Notes under the pieces: model-generated | Database searches by the model: none | What the model was told of the DNA's origin: nothing | What the model saw: the letters and a program-made list of their open reading frames with translations, nothing else | From: Mobula birostris | Taxonomy: Eukaryota | Direction of reading: 5' to 3' | DNA length: 64,000 nucleotides | Assembly (NCBI RefSeq): GCF_030028105.1 | Contig: NC_092372.1 | Location: 125,411,492 to 125,475,491, forward strand | Shown here: positions 12,395 through 24,174 of the stretch, in pieces | Position numbering within the stretch: position 1 is the first letter of the stretch | How the letters are laid out: each line of letters begins with the position of its first letter | Position numbers and translations under genes: made by a program

Positions 12395-13437
12395 TCAAGC
12401 AACACACATCAAATTTGCTGGTGAACGCAGCAGGCCAGGCAGCATCTCCAGGAAGAGGTACACTCAACGTTTCGGGCCGAGACCCTTCGTCAGGACTAAC
12501 TAAAGGAAGAGATAGTAAGAGATTTGAAAGTGGGAGGGGGAGGGTTTGATCCAAAATGATAGGAGAAGACAGGAGGGGGAGTGATGGAGCCAAGAGCTGG
12601 ACAGGTGATTGGCAAAAGCGATATGAGAGGATCATGGGACAGGAGGCCCAGGCAGAAGGAAAAGGGAGAGGGGGGAAAACCCAGAGGATGGGCAAGGAAG
12701 ACAGAGCATAGGTGTTCAGCAAAACGATCTCCCAGTCTGCATCGGGTCTCGCCAATATATAGAAGGCCACATCGGGAGCACCGGACACAGTATAAACACC
12801 TACGCTCTGTCCGCCAGAGAAACCAGGATCTCCCAGTGGCCACACATTTTAATTCCACATCCCATTCCCATTCTGATAATATCCATTCATGGCCTCCTCT
12901 ACTGTAAAGATGAAGCCACACTCAGGTTGGAGGAACAACACCTTATATTCCGTCTGGGTAGCCTCCAACCTGATGGCATGAACATCAACTTCTCTAACTT
13001 CCGCTAATGCCCCACCTCCCCATCATACCCCATCCGTTATTTATTTATATACAAATATTCTTTCTCTCTCTCTCTCCTTTTTCTCCCTCTGTCCCTCTGA
13101 CTATACCCCTTGCCCATCCTCTGGGTTTCCCCCTCAAACTTTTCCTTCTGCCTGAGCCTCCTGTCCCATGATCCTCTCATATCTCTTTTGCCAATCACCT
13201 GTCCTGCTCTTAGCTCCATCCCTCCCCCTCCTGTCTTCTCCTATCATTTTGGATCTCCCCCTCCCCCTCCCATTTTCAAATCTCTTACTAGCTCTTCCCT
13301 CAGTTAGTCCTGAAGAAGAGTCTTGGCCCGAAACATCGACTGTACCTCTTCCTAGAGATGCTGCCTGGCCTGTTGTGTTCACCAGCAAATTTGATGTGTG
13401 TTGCTTGAATTTCCAGCATCTGCAGAATTCCTCATGT
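12395..13437. mobile_element. Penelope-like element: GIY-YIG C-terminus with inverted terminal-repeat arms
   Basis: Minus strand YCVRCSRCGLLYIGETRCRLGDRFAEHL; plus strand HLRSV..DLPVATHFNS..LEEQHLIFRLGSLQPDGMN. Arms 12395-12698 and 13108-13408 are inverted; hammerhead motifs at 12461-12498 (-) and 13305-13342 (+). Confidence 0.9.
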
Positions 13438-15035
13438 TTACGTAAATCAATCAGTCAACATGTGTCTAATCTCTTGGATAGTAGTTTTCCTGATGATGAG
13501 TTAAGAGAACGGCAAGCTTTTGACACTTGCTATTGCAAACACAACCTATTTTGACTTCGGAGAAGAGAGTGTTGTATGATTGACAAAAAAAAAAATACAA
13601 TGAAGGCTTGGCCTCAAAAATATCACAGCAATAATGTGATTTCAAATTTTTGTTTCTGAGAAAGATAAGACTGATTCAATTAAGACGTTCATTGATATGT
13701 TGAACTGCATGCTCAGAAATGAAGAATTTAAAGAACTGTCAACTATTGTTGACATCACTGGAACTCTTCAAGCATCGAGTACCCACTGTGAACATGGATT
13801 CCATCTTATGAGTTCCACTGACGGCAAATCTGGAAACAGACTAGAAATGGGAAATTTGGATGATCTAATTCGGATGGTCTTTCAGTCAACCCAGCACTCC
13901 TTGGGTTGACATACTCTGGATAGATCATGGAACCATATATTTCACTTCCTTTATGTCTCTTATCCTTGTTCTTTGTCTCGGATGTGATTATGGAACTGTT
14001 GAAGCTTATGATTTACTGTATGGAAATCATTTAAGTGTTCCAGTGCTCTGCATTCTCCAAGAGGATTCCAGAGGCTGCATGCGTGAACCTCACGTCAGGC
14101 AGGCTGCAGGATGGCTGTGGGACATGAGCCGATGTTCGACTCCATTTTGCTGATTAAAGCTTCCATTGCACTTCAAATGATGAGGGAGTTTGAAGCGTTG
14201 AGGTGAGTATGGAAGGTGAGTGCTGGCTGCCTGCCTGTTGATCACTGACGATCACTCTGCTATGTTTTCTGAGAGAGGAGAGCTGGCCGCTGTGCCTGGA
14301 GAACGTTACCCAGGTCTTTTGTGTTTTGGATGTGGACTTGGACTATAGACTTTTTTTCCTAGTCTTACTGTTTTTTGTATTCTGTATTTTCTTCCAGACC
14401 TTTCTTGTTATTTTTGTGTGGGATGATTTGAGGGGTCGATAAGCCTATTCCACTTTTGCTCATTTTTTGTGCAGGGAGGGGGTATTTTGAAGTTGATGAT
14501 CGTGCTGCCTTTCTTTTCTTTCTTGATTTCATGGCTACCTAGAGAATTGAAGAATTTCAGAGTTATATATTTTGATAATAAAGAGACCTTTGAACAGTTT
14601 TTAATGAGAATTAAAATGTATCTTTCATCTGGATGCAAAATTAATCTGGATAGTGTTTATAGACAATGTATTTGTAATAAAGACAGATGAGAAAAGGTTT
14701 ATGAAAGCTTTTCTTTGTTGTACTTTTTTCATTATAACCTTCAATTAATAAATAAAATCAAAAGTATATGATTCTTAAATTTTCATTCTGAAAACACTTA
14801 AAGTGCCACGCAGTTTTCAGGCCATGTAAAAATTTCCAGCTCAGAGCAATGGTTGGTCTACACAGCTATAAAAATCTTTAGAGGGAATGTTGGATATTGC
14901 TCCTACTACTAAGGTTGGGATATATTATTTGCTATTGAGTTAATTAGGGATATTAACCAGGCATAGGGACTCTTGTGAATATGTTGTAAAAATTTTGAAG
15001 GATCATTTATCAGGCACTTTTGAAGGAGTTCACGG

Positions 15036-15834
15036 TGTTATGTACCCCATAACTGGGTTACCAAACCAGCAAAAATGGAACACTCGTTGGTGTCTGGATT
15101 ACTAGGAACTAATAAAGTTTTATTAAAGAACTAAGTAATACAGTACTCTAATTGTAAGGATATAAATGTGACAGGTTAGCAATGATAATACACACATATA
15201 CACAGAACTAGGGTAATAGGAATCAACCAAGCTCTATCGCAGTCTAGGGGTAAAATGATCAGTCTTAAGTGACGCAGAGTTCAGTTCAGTTTAGTACAGT
15301 TCGCAGTAATCACTATTGTGGTACCATTGGAGGGGGAGGGGGATGCAATTTGGTTCAGGCAGACCTTTGATGTCTTCTATCCCGCTGTGGTCACCGACTA
15401 TGACCCCTCCGTTCCAGATACGATTGTTCTTCCGCGGTGAACCCAGCACAGGCAAGGGCGGACACACACACCAGGTTCCCACTGATCATACCTTTACACC
15501 CTGTGAGCCTATGGTCGGTTCCCGCGAACCGGACCTCCAAACTCACACCACTTTTGGGGGCACACCGCTCTTTCCAGGGTCTCATTGTCTTGTGGTCTCG
15601 TGGTGTCCTGTGCCTTAGCAAACCTGCTCTTTTTATCCCCCTGCTGGGGTATCACCTGTCCATCAAACTTCAAACAGTTCAGGTTCAAAGCAACCGGTCT
15701 GTCAATATTCTGAATTGTGTTTCTTTTCCGTTAATCCCTCTCTCCTCTCTTATTAGCATTTTAAATGTTTCTCCATTGTCTCTCTTATTTCTCTCATTAG
15801 CATCAATCGTCCGATAGCTTGGTTTGGCGTAACA
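15036..15834 (-). repeat. 3' LTR (799 bp)
   Basis: TGTTATGTACC...GGCGTAACA; aligns end to end with 19320-20136; adjacent purine tract GAAGGGTAGGGG (15835-15846, minus) is the PPT. Confidence 0.93.
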
Positions 15835-15946
15835 CCCCTACCCTTCAAAGGATTTTTACCGGGGTAAAAATCATGGGCATGAATGCACATTATTAGATAC
15901 ACACTAATATACAGGGTCATCAGCTATTCGGCTAATACAGAGAACT

Positions 15947-18010
15947 TCAAGTTTCAACACCTTGACAGTCAGCAATCATATTGTCCGTTCCTTTTATATG
16001 TTTTATTTTAATATCAAATTCCTGTAAGACCAGGCTCCAATTTAATAACCTTTTGTTTTCATCCTTCATAGTGGCCAAAAACACTAATGGGTTGTGATCA
16101 GTATAAATTATCAGTGGTTTCCGTGCCGGACAAATATAAACCTCAAAATGTTGCAATGCTAGTACAATTGCCAATAATTCCTTCTCCACAGTGGAATAAT
16201 TTCTCTGATGGACATTAAATTTCTTAGAAAAATAAGCGACTGGGTGGTCAAACTCCTCTTTGTCTGTCTGCAACAGCACCGCCCCGGCTGCTTTGTTGCT
16301 AGCATCTGTTGCTAGGGAGAAGGGTTTTGAAAAGTCAGGCGCATTCAGCACAGGATGGTGACGCAGAATCGTCTTCAGACTCTCGAAGACCTGTTGACAA
16401 AGGTCGTTCCACACAAACTTCGCATTCTTTGGCAAGAGCTTAGTTAGAGGGAGGGTAATATCCGCAAAGTTTTTGCAAAACTTCCTATAGTATCCCACCA
16501 TCCCCAAGAACCTTCTCAGGGCTCTCTTGTCTGTTGGGATGGGGACTTCAGAGATAGCCTGCACCTTAGCCTGCCTCGGAGCCAGCTGCCCCTGTCCTAC
16601 CACATACCCCAGATAAGTGACGTACGTGTGGCGGAATTCACTTTTTGCGAGGTTCACTGTCAGGTTGGCTTCAGACAGCCGTTTAAACAGTTTCTCTACC
16701 GCCACAATGTGCACCTCCCATGTGTCACTCCAGACCACTAAATCGTCAATATACGCTTCTGCGTTCTTTAGCCCTTTTGTCACTGAATTAATCATCCTAT
16801 AGGGGTTTTGCTTACTAGGCTGACCTGATGTGACAACAACATCATGTACCGTCCTTTTGCATCGCCTCGGGACATCCGGACATACGTCTGCTTGCCGGTT
16901 AATTAGCTTTATCAGCAGCTCGCTCTGTTCGGGGGTTAAGTGAGAGACCTTATCAGCAAAGCTGGCCAAAACAATAGAGTTCTCCCATCTGGTCGGCACC
17001 ATATTTATCTTTTCAAAATGGGTTTTCCCCTTATCAGGTGGCACCCCAGCCTCATTAAATTTCGTGGTAACACCACCTAGGTCTGCTTTCTTATCGTGGT
17101 AAGCTGTTAACATATTAATAGGCTCTAACTGTGTCGGCTCACAGCTACAATACTCAATAATATCCTCCCTCGTGCTCGGCCAGTAAAACTCTTTCATAAT
17201 TCTATCGACTATCTTCCTCACCCCAAAATGTCCACCGAGGGGGTATCTTGTGGGCCAGGTTAAAAATCTCATCCCCATAAATTTTTGGCACTACCACCTG
17301 GTGTATCACCCCCCCACCCCCCGCTCCACATCTGCAGGCACGGTATTTGGTCTCCACTTCCTCATCAGTACTCCCTCCTTCACATAATAGCCCACTGGCT
17401 CCCTTTTTATTTCTGCTTTGGAGAGAGCTGTCTCCGTCAAAACCATCAGCTCCTCATCTCGTTCCTGTGCCTGTATAAATTCCTTCCTTGCTAATGATAA
17501 GTCTACCTCAACTCCCTCACTTCCTTCCACTCCACTATGCTCCTTCTTCTCACTTTCTAACCCCTCCTGGTACAAGGCTGGTAAAAACGTCTCAGGTAAA
17601 TCTATATTCGCTTCAGCAGCCTTTCTGGACATGCGCCGAGTCACTGCGCAAACGGAATAAACCTGCGAGTCCATGGGCGGGGCCTCAATCCTGACAAGCT
17701 TGCTTGTCAGTTTTACTGCTGAGCACATATTTCCGCCTGCAAGGTCATTACCGAGTAAGACCTCCACGTCTTCCATCGGTACTTCGGACCTCACCCCTAA
17801 CGTGACCGGTCCGGAGACCAAGTCGCTTTTTAGGTGTATCTGGTGCAAAGGTACTGCTTCAGTCCCTTTCCCAATGCCTTTTATAACACTGAGCTCCCCA
17901 GTCTCAGTCTCTGAACTAAAGTCTAACACACTCCTTAAGATCAATAACTGACAAGCCCCAGTGTCTCTCCAGATCCGTGCTGGAACTGGGTTTGACCCCT
18001 CCTTCACCGA
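15947..18010 (-). pseudogene. Gypsy pol remnant: protease, integrase Zn finger, deleted RT, RNase H
   Basis: RDTGA protease; GGHFGVRK..FYWPS..EYC integrase N-terminus; AYIDDL RT; TDASNKAAGAVL, EKELLAIV, TDHNPL RNase H. Confidence 0.88.
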
Positions 18011-19220
18011 CCGAAATAAACTTCTCGCACCCTTCCTGAATTCTATCAGACCTCTTCTCCTCTGGCGGTTTGTTTGCCAGCTCAATACAGCCAGTCGGAG
18101 TCGTCGTTTTTCCTTTCCGCGTCTCCTTCTTTGGGGCAAAGATCCTGGACGCAAAGTGACCGGCTTTCCCACAATTATAGCATATGATCCCAGGAGACTT
18201 CCTACCAAACTGCTTCCTGTCTTCCTTATCCTTCTCACTAGTCCCCGGCTTACTTTCTGGCTTTTCCGGCGGACTCTCTCCGCCCTCTTTACTACCCTTC
18301 TGGTAGCTTTTACTCGGGGTAAACTTTGCTTTGTGTGTTAACGCATACTCATCCGCTAACTTAGCAGTTGCGGCTAAGGTTTCTGCCTCTTTCTCATCTA
18401 GATAGGGCCTCATACCTTCAGGGACACAACCTTTAAATTGTTCAATCAGTATTAGCTGTAGCAGTCTGTCATAATCCCCACTGACCCCTTTCGAAGCGCA
18501 CCAACGCTCACAATACATCTGCATCTCAGGGGCAAACTCTAAATATGTGCAGCCCCACTGTTTCCTCACATTCTGGAACCTCTGCCGGTATGCCTCCAGG
18601 ACCAACTCATAAATCCTGAGTATCGCCTCTTTCACCACATCATACCTCTGGGCATCTTCTGCGGACAATGCCAAGTAAGCTTGCTGAGCCTTCTCTTTAA
18701 GTACGCTCTGAAGCAAAACAGCCCACTTATCCCTCAGCCAGTCCTGACTTGCAGTGACTTTTTCAAAATGTAGAAAGTACTGATCAACATCGGCCTCCTC
18801 AAATGGGGGAACCAACCTAACCTCCTGGGTCGCCCTGAACCCTCCACCTTGGTTCGGCATGCGCCCCTGCGCTAGCGTCATCCTTAACTTCTCCAGCTCA
18901 AATTCCCTGTCCTTCTGCTTCTCTCTCTCTTCTCATTCCAGCTGCTTTACCCGGAACTCGTGCTCGAGTCTCAATTTTTCCATCTGCAGCTGCACTGCCT
19001 CCCCACTAGGTTTGCTCATAGATACCACCTTCAGATCCCCCTGGGGAAACACACCTTTAGATATATAATGCTCAATGATAGCTCTATTCATCTCTGCTCT
19101 CCTCATTGTCGACTTCCCCTTAAAAAGATTCAACCGTTTGGCAACAGTTGCCAATTCTGATTTCCTGGCATCTTCTAATGCCTCCAAGGTTGGCACTTTT
19201 AGAAATTCCTCAGTCTCCAT
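17916..19220 (-). pseudogene. Gypsy gag with SCAN-like capsid and degenerate Zn knuckle (stop and frameshift)
   Basis: LILIEQFKGCVPEGMRPYLDEKEAETLAATAKLADEY is SCAN-like; CYNCGKAGHFASRI is CCHC with the last Cys lost. Confidence 0.85.
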
Positions 19221-19289
19221 TTCTGCTGTTTGCCCGTTCTTTCTTTCGGGAATTTTAACCCAATCAATTTACCCAGTCCCAAATTTGGC

Positions 19290-19315
19290 GTTCAAAATCC
19301 CGGACGAGATCTCCA
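19290..19315 (-). promoter_or_regulatory. Primer-binding site, tRNA-Pro
   Basis: TGGAGATCTCGTCCGGGATTTTGAAC, 4 nt inside the 5' LTR; complementary, with mismatches, to the tRNA-Pro 3' end GTTCAAATCCCGGACGAGCCCCCA. Confidence 0.85.
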
Positions 19316-19319
19316 CTTA

Positions 19320-20136
19320 TGTTAAGTACCTTGTAACTGGGTTGCCAAACCAGCAGAAATGGAACACTCGTTGGAGTCTGGATTACTAGGAACTAATAAA
19401 GTTTTATTAAAGAAATAAGTAATACAGTACTCTAATCGTAAGGATATAAATGTGACAGGTTAGCAATGATAATACACACCTATACACAGAACTAGGGTAA
19501 TAGGAATCAACCAAGCTCTATCGCAGTCTAGGGGTAAAATGATCAGTCTTAAGTGACGCAGAGTTCAGTTCAGTTTAGTACAGTTCGCAGTAATCGCTGT
19601 TGTGGTACCATTGGAGAGAGAGAGAGAGAGAGAGAGGGGGGGATACAATTTGGTTCAGGCAGACCTTTGATGTCTTCTATCCCGCTGTGGTCACCGACTG
19701 TGACCCCTCCGTTCTGGATACGATCGTTCTTCCGCGGTGAACCCGGCACCCAGGCAAGGGCGGACTCACACACCAGGTTCCCACCGATCATACCTTTACA
19801 CCCTGTGAACCTATGGTCGCTTCCCGCGAACTGGACCTGCAAACTCCCACCACTTGTCAGGGCACACCGCTGTTTCCAGGGTCTCGTTGTCTCGTGGTCT
19901 CGTGGTGTCCTGTGCCTTAGCAAACCTGCTCTTTTTATCCCCCTGCTGGGGTATCACCTGTCCATCAAACTTCAAACAGTTCAGGTTCAAAGCAACCGGT
20001 CTGTCAATATTCTGAATTGTGTTTCTTTTCCGTTAATCCCTCTCTCCTCTCTTATTAGCATCTTGAATATTTCTCCATTGTCTCTCTTATCTCCCTCATT
20101 AGCATCAATCGTCCGTTAGCTTGGTTTTGCGTCACA
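19320..20136 (-). repeat. 5' LTR (817 bp)
   Basis: TGTTAAGTACC...GCGTCACA; carries a (GA)n expansion at about 19614-19635 that the other LTR lacks. Confidence 0.93.
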
Positions 20137-20434
20137 ATCGTTAAGTACTTGGAATGTGCAGCCAGGTACCAGAAGAAATGCTTGGTTCCAGCTTAAAGTC
20201 AGCAACAAGGAGATGCAGCCTTCAGCCCTTCTTAGACTGGGATGGTTGGTTGTGTTGACCTTAAGGTGAACTGTTGGCAAATTGAAGGGAGAGAGCAGAA
20301 CAGCCATGGCATGGGAAGGCTATTGAAAAACGTGAATGAATTTTGGTTTATTTATTTGTTTGTTTATGTTTATTTAAAGTTCTTCAGGTTCTTTGAGGCC
20401 CACTGCTCATCACTCCCCTGATTTAACCATGGCC

Positions 20435-20640
20435 TAGTCACAGGACAGTTTACAATGACCAATTAACCTACTAATTGATTGGTCTTTGAACCGTGAGAGG
20501 AAACCGGAGAGCCCAGAGGAAACCCATGTGGTCATAGGGAAAACATCCATACTCCTTACAGATAGCAGCAGGAAATAAACCCAGGCTGTTGGTACTGTAA
20601 AACGCCATGCTAACCACGACACTGCTGTGCCACCTCGTGT
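20435..20640 (-). mobile_element. HE1/V-SINE-like SINE; further copies at about 34865-35140 (-), 47385-47605 (+), 48100-48380 (-)
   Basis: tRNA-like head and the central GGGTTTCCTC.GGG..CTCCGGTTTCCTCC..GTTAATTGGTCA block typical of V-SINEs. Confidence 0.7.
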
Positions 20641-20849
20641 GCTGGAAACATCAAGGAGGAAGGCACCATCTGAGATAAGAAAAGGTAACAATGAATGTCA
20701 AAATCCAGGGATTTGTAGGGCTGACTTATGAGCATTTGACATGTGTTCATGTGTTTACTTGCTACAGGCCAGGACTGGTTCAGATATTTCAAAGCCGAGT
20801 GGAGAGATGGGTGACAGACACTGGTAAATATTCAGAATCAGGTTTCATA

Positions 20850-21625
20850 TCACTGGTATACACCGTGAAATTTGTTGTAATGCAGTGACAATACATTGCA
20901 ATACATAATAATAAGAAATGTGAATTACAGTAAGAAGAATATATATAAAAATGTTAAATTAAATAAGTAGTGCAAAAAGAGAAAATAAAAGTAGTGAGGT
21001 ACTGTTCATGCTTTCAATGTCCATTCACAAATCTGACGGCAGAAGGGAAGAAACTGTTGCTAAATCGCTAAGTGTGGTCTTCGGTACCTCCTCTTTGGTG
21101 GTAGCAATGAGAAGAGGGCATGTCCTGGGTGATGGGGGTTCTCAATAATGGATGTCGCCTATTTGAGGCATTGCTCCATGAAGGTGTGCTGGATGCTGGA
21201 GAGACTAGTGCTCGTGATGTTGCTGACTGAGTTTACAACTGTCGGCAGCTTATTTCGATCTTGTGCAGTTCCCCCCCCCCCCATACCAGATGGTGATGTG
21301 ATGCAGCCAGTTAGAGTGCTCTCCACAGCACATCTGTAGAAATTTGCAAGGTCTTTGATGACTTACTAAATCTCCTCAAGCTCCTAATGAAATATTGCCA
21401 CTGTTGTGCTTTCTTTGCAACTGCATTGATATGTTGATCCCATGATAGATGCTCAGAGATGTTGACACCCAGGAACCTGCAATAGCTCACCCTCTCCACT
21501 TCTGACCCCTCCATGAGGACAGGTGTGTGTTCCCTCGTCTTACCCTTTCAGGAGTCCACAATCAATTCCTTGGTCTTACTGGCAATGAGTGCAAGGTTGT
21601 TGCTGTGACACCTCTCAACCAGCTG
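20850..21625 (-). mobile_element. Rex1-type LINE 3' fragment
   Basis: ORF 21311-21514 (VERVSYCRFLGVNISEHLSW..YFIRSLRRF); same family as 2866-3192. Confidence 0.75.
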
Positions 21626-21629
21626 ATCT

Positions 21630-21800
21630 ATCTTGCTCTTGCACGCATTCTTGTCACCACCTGAAATTCTGCCAACTCCTCATCTTTTTTTCTCCAGTCC
21701 TGCCGAAGGGTCTCGGCCCGGAACGTCGACTGTACTCTTTTCCATAGATGCTGCCTGTCCTGCTGAGTACCTCCAGAATTTTGTGTGTTCTGCCAACAAC
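21630..21800 (+). mobile_element. Penelope terminal-repeat fragment with core-mutated hammerhead (21695-21732)
   Basis: CAGTC-CTGCCGA-AGGGTCTCGGCCC-GGAA-CGTC-GACTG followed by the family sequence GATGCTGCCTG..CTGCTGAGT.CCTCCAG. Confidence 0.75.
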
Positions 21801-24174
21801 AGTTGCGTCCAAGAATACAGAGCAAGCCAGTTCTGATCTTGGGTTTTAATCCATTTTGGTGCCCCATACCTTTTTCACTTTCTCCTATTTCTTTGTATCT
21901 GTGCCATCTCCTTGTCTAGAAGTTAAAAGGCTCAAACATTGTTTTTTCCAGAAAAAAATCCAGTGTGTTTCCAGCTTATATTTGGTTTAGTTGTCAGATT
22001 TCCAGCTGCATTATTTTCTGGCCCAACATATCATGCCTGCTGGTGAACTCAGATTTCTCCAGACTCTGCTCCCTTGGAGATCCCTGCTGATTCATTCTCA
22101 GCTGTTGCATAAAAATTCTTAGACACAGAGCAACTGTAGGCCAATAAAAGCACAACATATCCTGGTGTCTAGCAACCAGCTACAAAGAAACATGGGAGCA
22201 ACAGAGGAGATGGTTATTTTTAGGAGGGGAGTTTGATGATAAATAGTTCAACATCGTGCACCCCTGCTGCTTGTCATTTCAATGTAAATAGATAACCTGT
22301 TCCATTCCATTTAATGGTGTTGAGTCTGGGACAAATTGTAGGATTTGCTCCTTGGTGACAGGATGATTCACCATGCTGAGACTTAGCAAAAGGTCAGAGT
22401 AAGGGTGTGTGGAAAAGTGTAGTGGAACATCTTGTCTGCGGTTATAAGCCAATGTGACAGTATTGATGCAGGTATCTTGAAACTGCTCTGTCAGTTGGAA
22501 GTTACTTGTAACCACAGTGAGGCAAATTGTCTGGTGCACAGTGTGTGGGAAATTGTTTGAATTTAGTTTGAGGTCCAGAGAATCTAATAAATATATTTAA
22601 TTTACGTCTGGCAATTGTTTCCAGCAGATTGGCTGGTGACATTAGAAGTCGCTCTGGAGTTTAGGAGATGGGACGGATGCCAATGGCCAGTATGGCTTTG
22701 TGCACAGAATTCCCATTGGTACTTTGTAAATTAACAGGTTCCCCCTTTACTCATTTGGCTGGCTGGTGGGCTGTGTAGATATATCTGTTGGAATTCCATT
22801 TGCTTGCTCAAAGATGATTTTTTTCTCAGCAGGTGGCAATCAGTGTGACGCATCGGGAGGATTAAAAGGAGTCTGGGTGCTCTTTGGCTTCTTCCTGTGT
22901 GGGCAGCAATCAACACGAGAGGTCGTACATTGCTGACGCAGCATGAGAGATCAGCTGTGAGGTGTAGAAAGAGCTCGGGTGCTCTTTGGCTTTATTTTTG
23001 GCAGGTGGCAATCAGTGCGAGGGGTCGTTTGTCGGCAAAGCAACACAAGGTTTAAAAAGAGCTCAGGTGTTTTTGTTTTTTTTTTCTTGGTGGGCAGCAA
23101 TCAGCATTGAGCCAATGAAAAGAAAAGAAGTGTAAGCAGAGTGGCCATTGTTGGAATGGGGCACTGCTGGAGTGGTCCAGCTTTGGCTAAACAGGTTTAG
23201 GCAAGAACAGGCTTGGGCAAGCACAGGTAGAGGCTCTAAGCAAGTAAGAACATTTCTAGTAAGTTTTTTTTCTACTAGTACATAGCTAGTACAATGAGAA
23301 TGGGTCTGGGGATAGTGTTATATTCCTTTTGTGAGATGTGGAAAATTTGGGAGACCTCCAGTCTCCCTGTTAACTACATCTGCACAAAGTGCATTGAGCT
23401 GCTCAGAGATCATGTTAAGAAATTGGAACTTCAACTCAATGACTTTTGATTTGTGTGGGAGAATGAGGAGGAGATGGACACCCCTAAGCTGGAGAGGCAG
23501 GCCCCTGGGAACAGGAATAGCCAGCCAGTGCAGACTAGCCTTGTGCTATTCCCCTTAATAAAAGATATACTGCTTTGGCTACTGTCGAGGGCGGCAGGAT
23601 GACCTACCAGGGGAAGCCGTAGTGACCAGGTCTCTGGCACTGAATCTGAGTCTGTGACTCAGAAGGGAAAGGGGAAGAAGACAAGTGCAGTAGTGATGGA
23701 GGATTCCATAGTCAGAGGAGCAGAAAGCCGATTCTGTGGATGTGAAAGAGACACCCGGATGGTATGTTGCCTCCCAGGTGCCAGGGTCAGGGTATCTCGG
23801 ATTGAGTCCACTGTATTCTGAAAGAAGAGGGTGAACTGCCGAAGTTGTGGTACTGTGAGGCTGAGGAACTGGTGCAGGAGGCAGGGCTTCAGATTTATGG
23901 ACCATTGGGATCTCTTCAGGGGATGGTATGACCTCCACCAAAAGGACAGGTTATACCTGAACCTGAACGAGACCAATATCCTTGCAGGCAGGTTTGCTAG
24001 AGCTGTTGGAGGGGATTTAAATGAGTTTGGCAGGGGAATAGGAACTGGAGTGATGGGGCTTAGAGTGGGGCAGTTTGTATGCAAGTGGAAGCACTGTGGA
24101 GTGAGACTGTGAGGAAGGACAGGCAGACCTTAGGTGATGAATACAGAAATGAAGGCTTATATTTGAATGCACAC

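Larger units (their letters stand above)
11610..13890 (+). pseudogene. Decayed hAT transposase, split by two nested retro-insertions
   Basis: 13697-13890 reads LSTIVDITGTLQASSTHCEHGFHLM...GNRLEMGNLDDLIRM, a hAT dimerisation-type motif (S..CERGFS.M...RNRL). Upstream pieces LDSSFPDDEL (about 13470) and IYWSGKVKDLLASICSDVDT (about 11640) are tentatively the same gene. Confidence 0.6.
15036..20136 (-). mobile_element. Gypsy LTR retrotransposon, Gmr1-like, internally deleted and defective
   Basis: Two TG..CA LTRs, PBS, PPT, Gag, DTG protease, integrase Zn-finger start placed before RT (YIDD) and RNase H. Confidence 0.93.

Noticed and set aside
15316-20119. ORFs inside the LTRs and plus-strand ORFs over gag-pol
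   Set aside because: Antisense shadows or LTR sequence with no protein motifs.
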